Positions 62,721 to 64,000 of a stretch of DNA of 64,000 nt are shown here, piece by piece (the stretch's first letter is position 1; each line of letters opens with the position of its first letter). The translations under genes and the position numbers were made by a program. Source of the DNA: Anthoceros angustus (Eukaryota > Plantae > Anthocerotophyta); NCBI GenBank assembly GCA_010909165.1, contig MU008169.1, positions 744,001-808,000 of the forward strand. Reading direction: 5' to 3'. The notes beneath the pieces are model-generated. The model made no database searches and was not told the origin of the DNA. It saw nothing but the letters and a program-made list of their open reading frames with translations.

Positions 62721-64000
62721 TCAACCAGTGAAAGTCCCACCGAGGATAGTGAAGATGATGGTCATGATGCCGGACCCAGCGAAGATGATGGAGTGGCGTC
62801 TGGAGAAGAGTAGAAAGCCCTCTGAATGTTGTGTCATCTTGCATGGGATCTTGGGGAGGCTATGCGTGCCCCAGCGTGTTGCTCCAGCACATATGTCTCA
62901 AAAGAGTGTAGGCCCATGATAGAATATTGGTTGTGCCGTTTCTCTGTATACCTCTGTAGACTTCACATGCTATAGAATTTTCGATGTGCAAGCCATTTCC
63001 CTGTACAAGCGGAGGACATGGAGGAAGTATGGCCGTAGTTAATGGCTTGGCATTCCGGCATATTGGCAGGCAACACATGTGTAGCCCGGCATGTTGTGTG
63101 TGTGATGGCGGCGGAACGATCGGCGCTTTTCCGTATGCCGATTGTAGTCTTTGGGTTTTAACAATGTGATTATATTCTTGGGCTCAATTTATGGTGTGCG
63201 GAAGCCACCCACTCACCCCACACATATAGTCTTTGTGTACACACGAGCAAAGGCCACACTACTACCCGCCTTTCCCAATAGGTCGAACGCGGAAATAGGC
63301 GCCGGCCGGCGCCCTACTCCTCAAACATCCTTGGTCCACAGCCGCCATGGTTCGCTCATCCACTCGATCACCGTCCTTTTATGAATGTTAAGGGTGTTTT
63401 GGCTAGGAAGACCAGCGGTGGCGGTGAATGGTCCTTCACATGGGTCTTATATGCACCCAAAATAGGGTTACCTCTTGCACCTTAACCCCTTGGCAAGAAA
63501 TGAACCTCATGTCAATGCTTCACACGAAAGTTCACCCTTCTTTTACGCCCTATATTCATTCATACCTCTATAACCACGAGTTGCGGACCCATGTCAAACC
63601 CCCTTCAGGGGATATTTCCCGTGAAACCCCCTTCGTGAATATTAACCCCCTTCACAAGATATCGTGTTATCAGTCTGGATGAGATTGGGCTCAGCTCTCC
63701 GTTCAGATGTTTGAGGATGCGAGAAGAAGTCCGGATGCGATTAGCAGAGGTGGGCAAGCACGCGAATCTGCCCGATCTTATCCAGACGTATTCTCGCATC
63801 CTCCAACGTTTTAGCGAAGAGCTGGGCCCGCGGATTCCGAAGGACGGGTGCTCTGGATCCGGGGAGCAGTGGGCGGGTTCCTTGTTGCATCATTTTCTTC
63901 TCTATCATGAGAAGGAAATGATGCAGCAAGTTTGTGGGCACGACGAGCCTTTCATCTCCTCTGGCTTTGAGCTTCTGTCAAGCATGTTTGTGGAGCTGCT

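Larger units (their letters stand above)
54377..63668. mobile_element. Mirror copy of the Sola-like methyltransferase-carrying transposon
   Basis: ATCA|AACACGATATC...GATATCGTGTT|ATCA. Confidence 0.85.
27213..64000. repeat. Giant inverted repeat: arms 27213-45527 and 45569-64000+, 41-nt spacer
   Basis: Every feature of the left arm reappears reverse-complemented. Centre reads ...gaagaaaacccta[41 nt]tagggttttcttc.... The window end (tggagctgct) is the reverse complement of 27213-27222. Confidence 0.97.

Noticed and set aside
54377-63668. Independent second insertions of the DNA transposon and the copia element
   Set aside because: Flanks and TSDs are identical to those in the left arm, so these are mirror images within the palindrome.

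Overview
Eukaryotic, plant-type, repeat-rich DNA. PLS-class PPR and 'CGHAEKLA' DYW remnants point to a seed-free plant such as a hornwort, lycophyte or fern (inference). The left part (1-27.2 kb) is a scrambled segmental array of CLSY/DRD1-like SNF2 helicase copies, one near full length and the rest fragments. These are mixed with PPR fragments, TTTAGGG-containing minisatellites and ACAACA-rich repeats. The right part (27,213-64,000) is one giant inverted repeat with ~18.3 kb arms and a 41-nt spacer at 45,528-45,568. It may be a real palindrome or a fold-back read/assembly artefact; the arms differ by many small indels that look like long-read error. Each arm carries a PPR-DYW pseudogene interrupted by two insertions 68 bp apart. 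One is a Ty1/copia element with TG...TA termini and a CTATG target duplication. The other is a ~9 kb TIR DNA transposon with a 4-bp TSD. That transposon is the main finding. It encodes a Sola-like DDD transposase and, divergently, a cargo gene with a ParB/Srx-like segment and a bacterial-style beta-class N4-cytosine/N6-adenine DNA methyltransferase domain. Frameshifts are pervasive, so proteins were reconstructed by eye from both arms and most coordinates are approximate.
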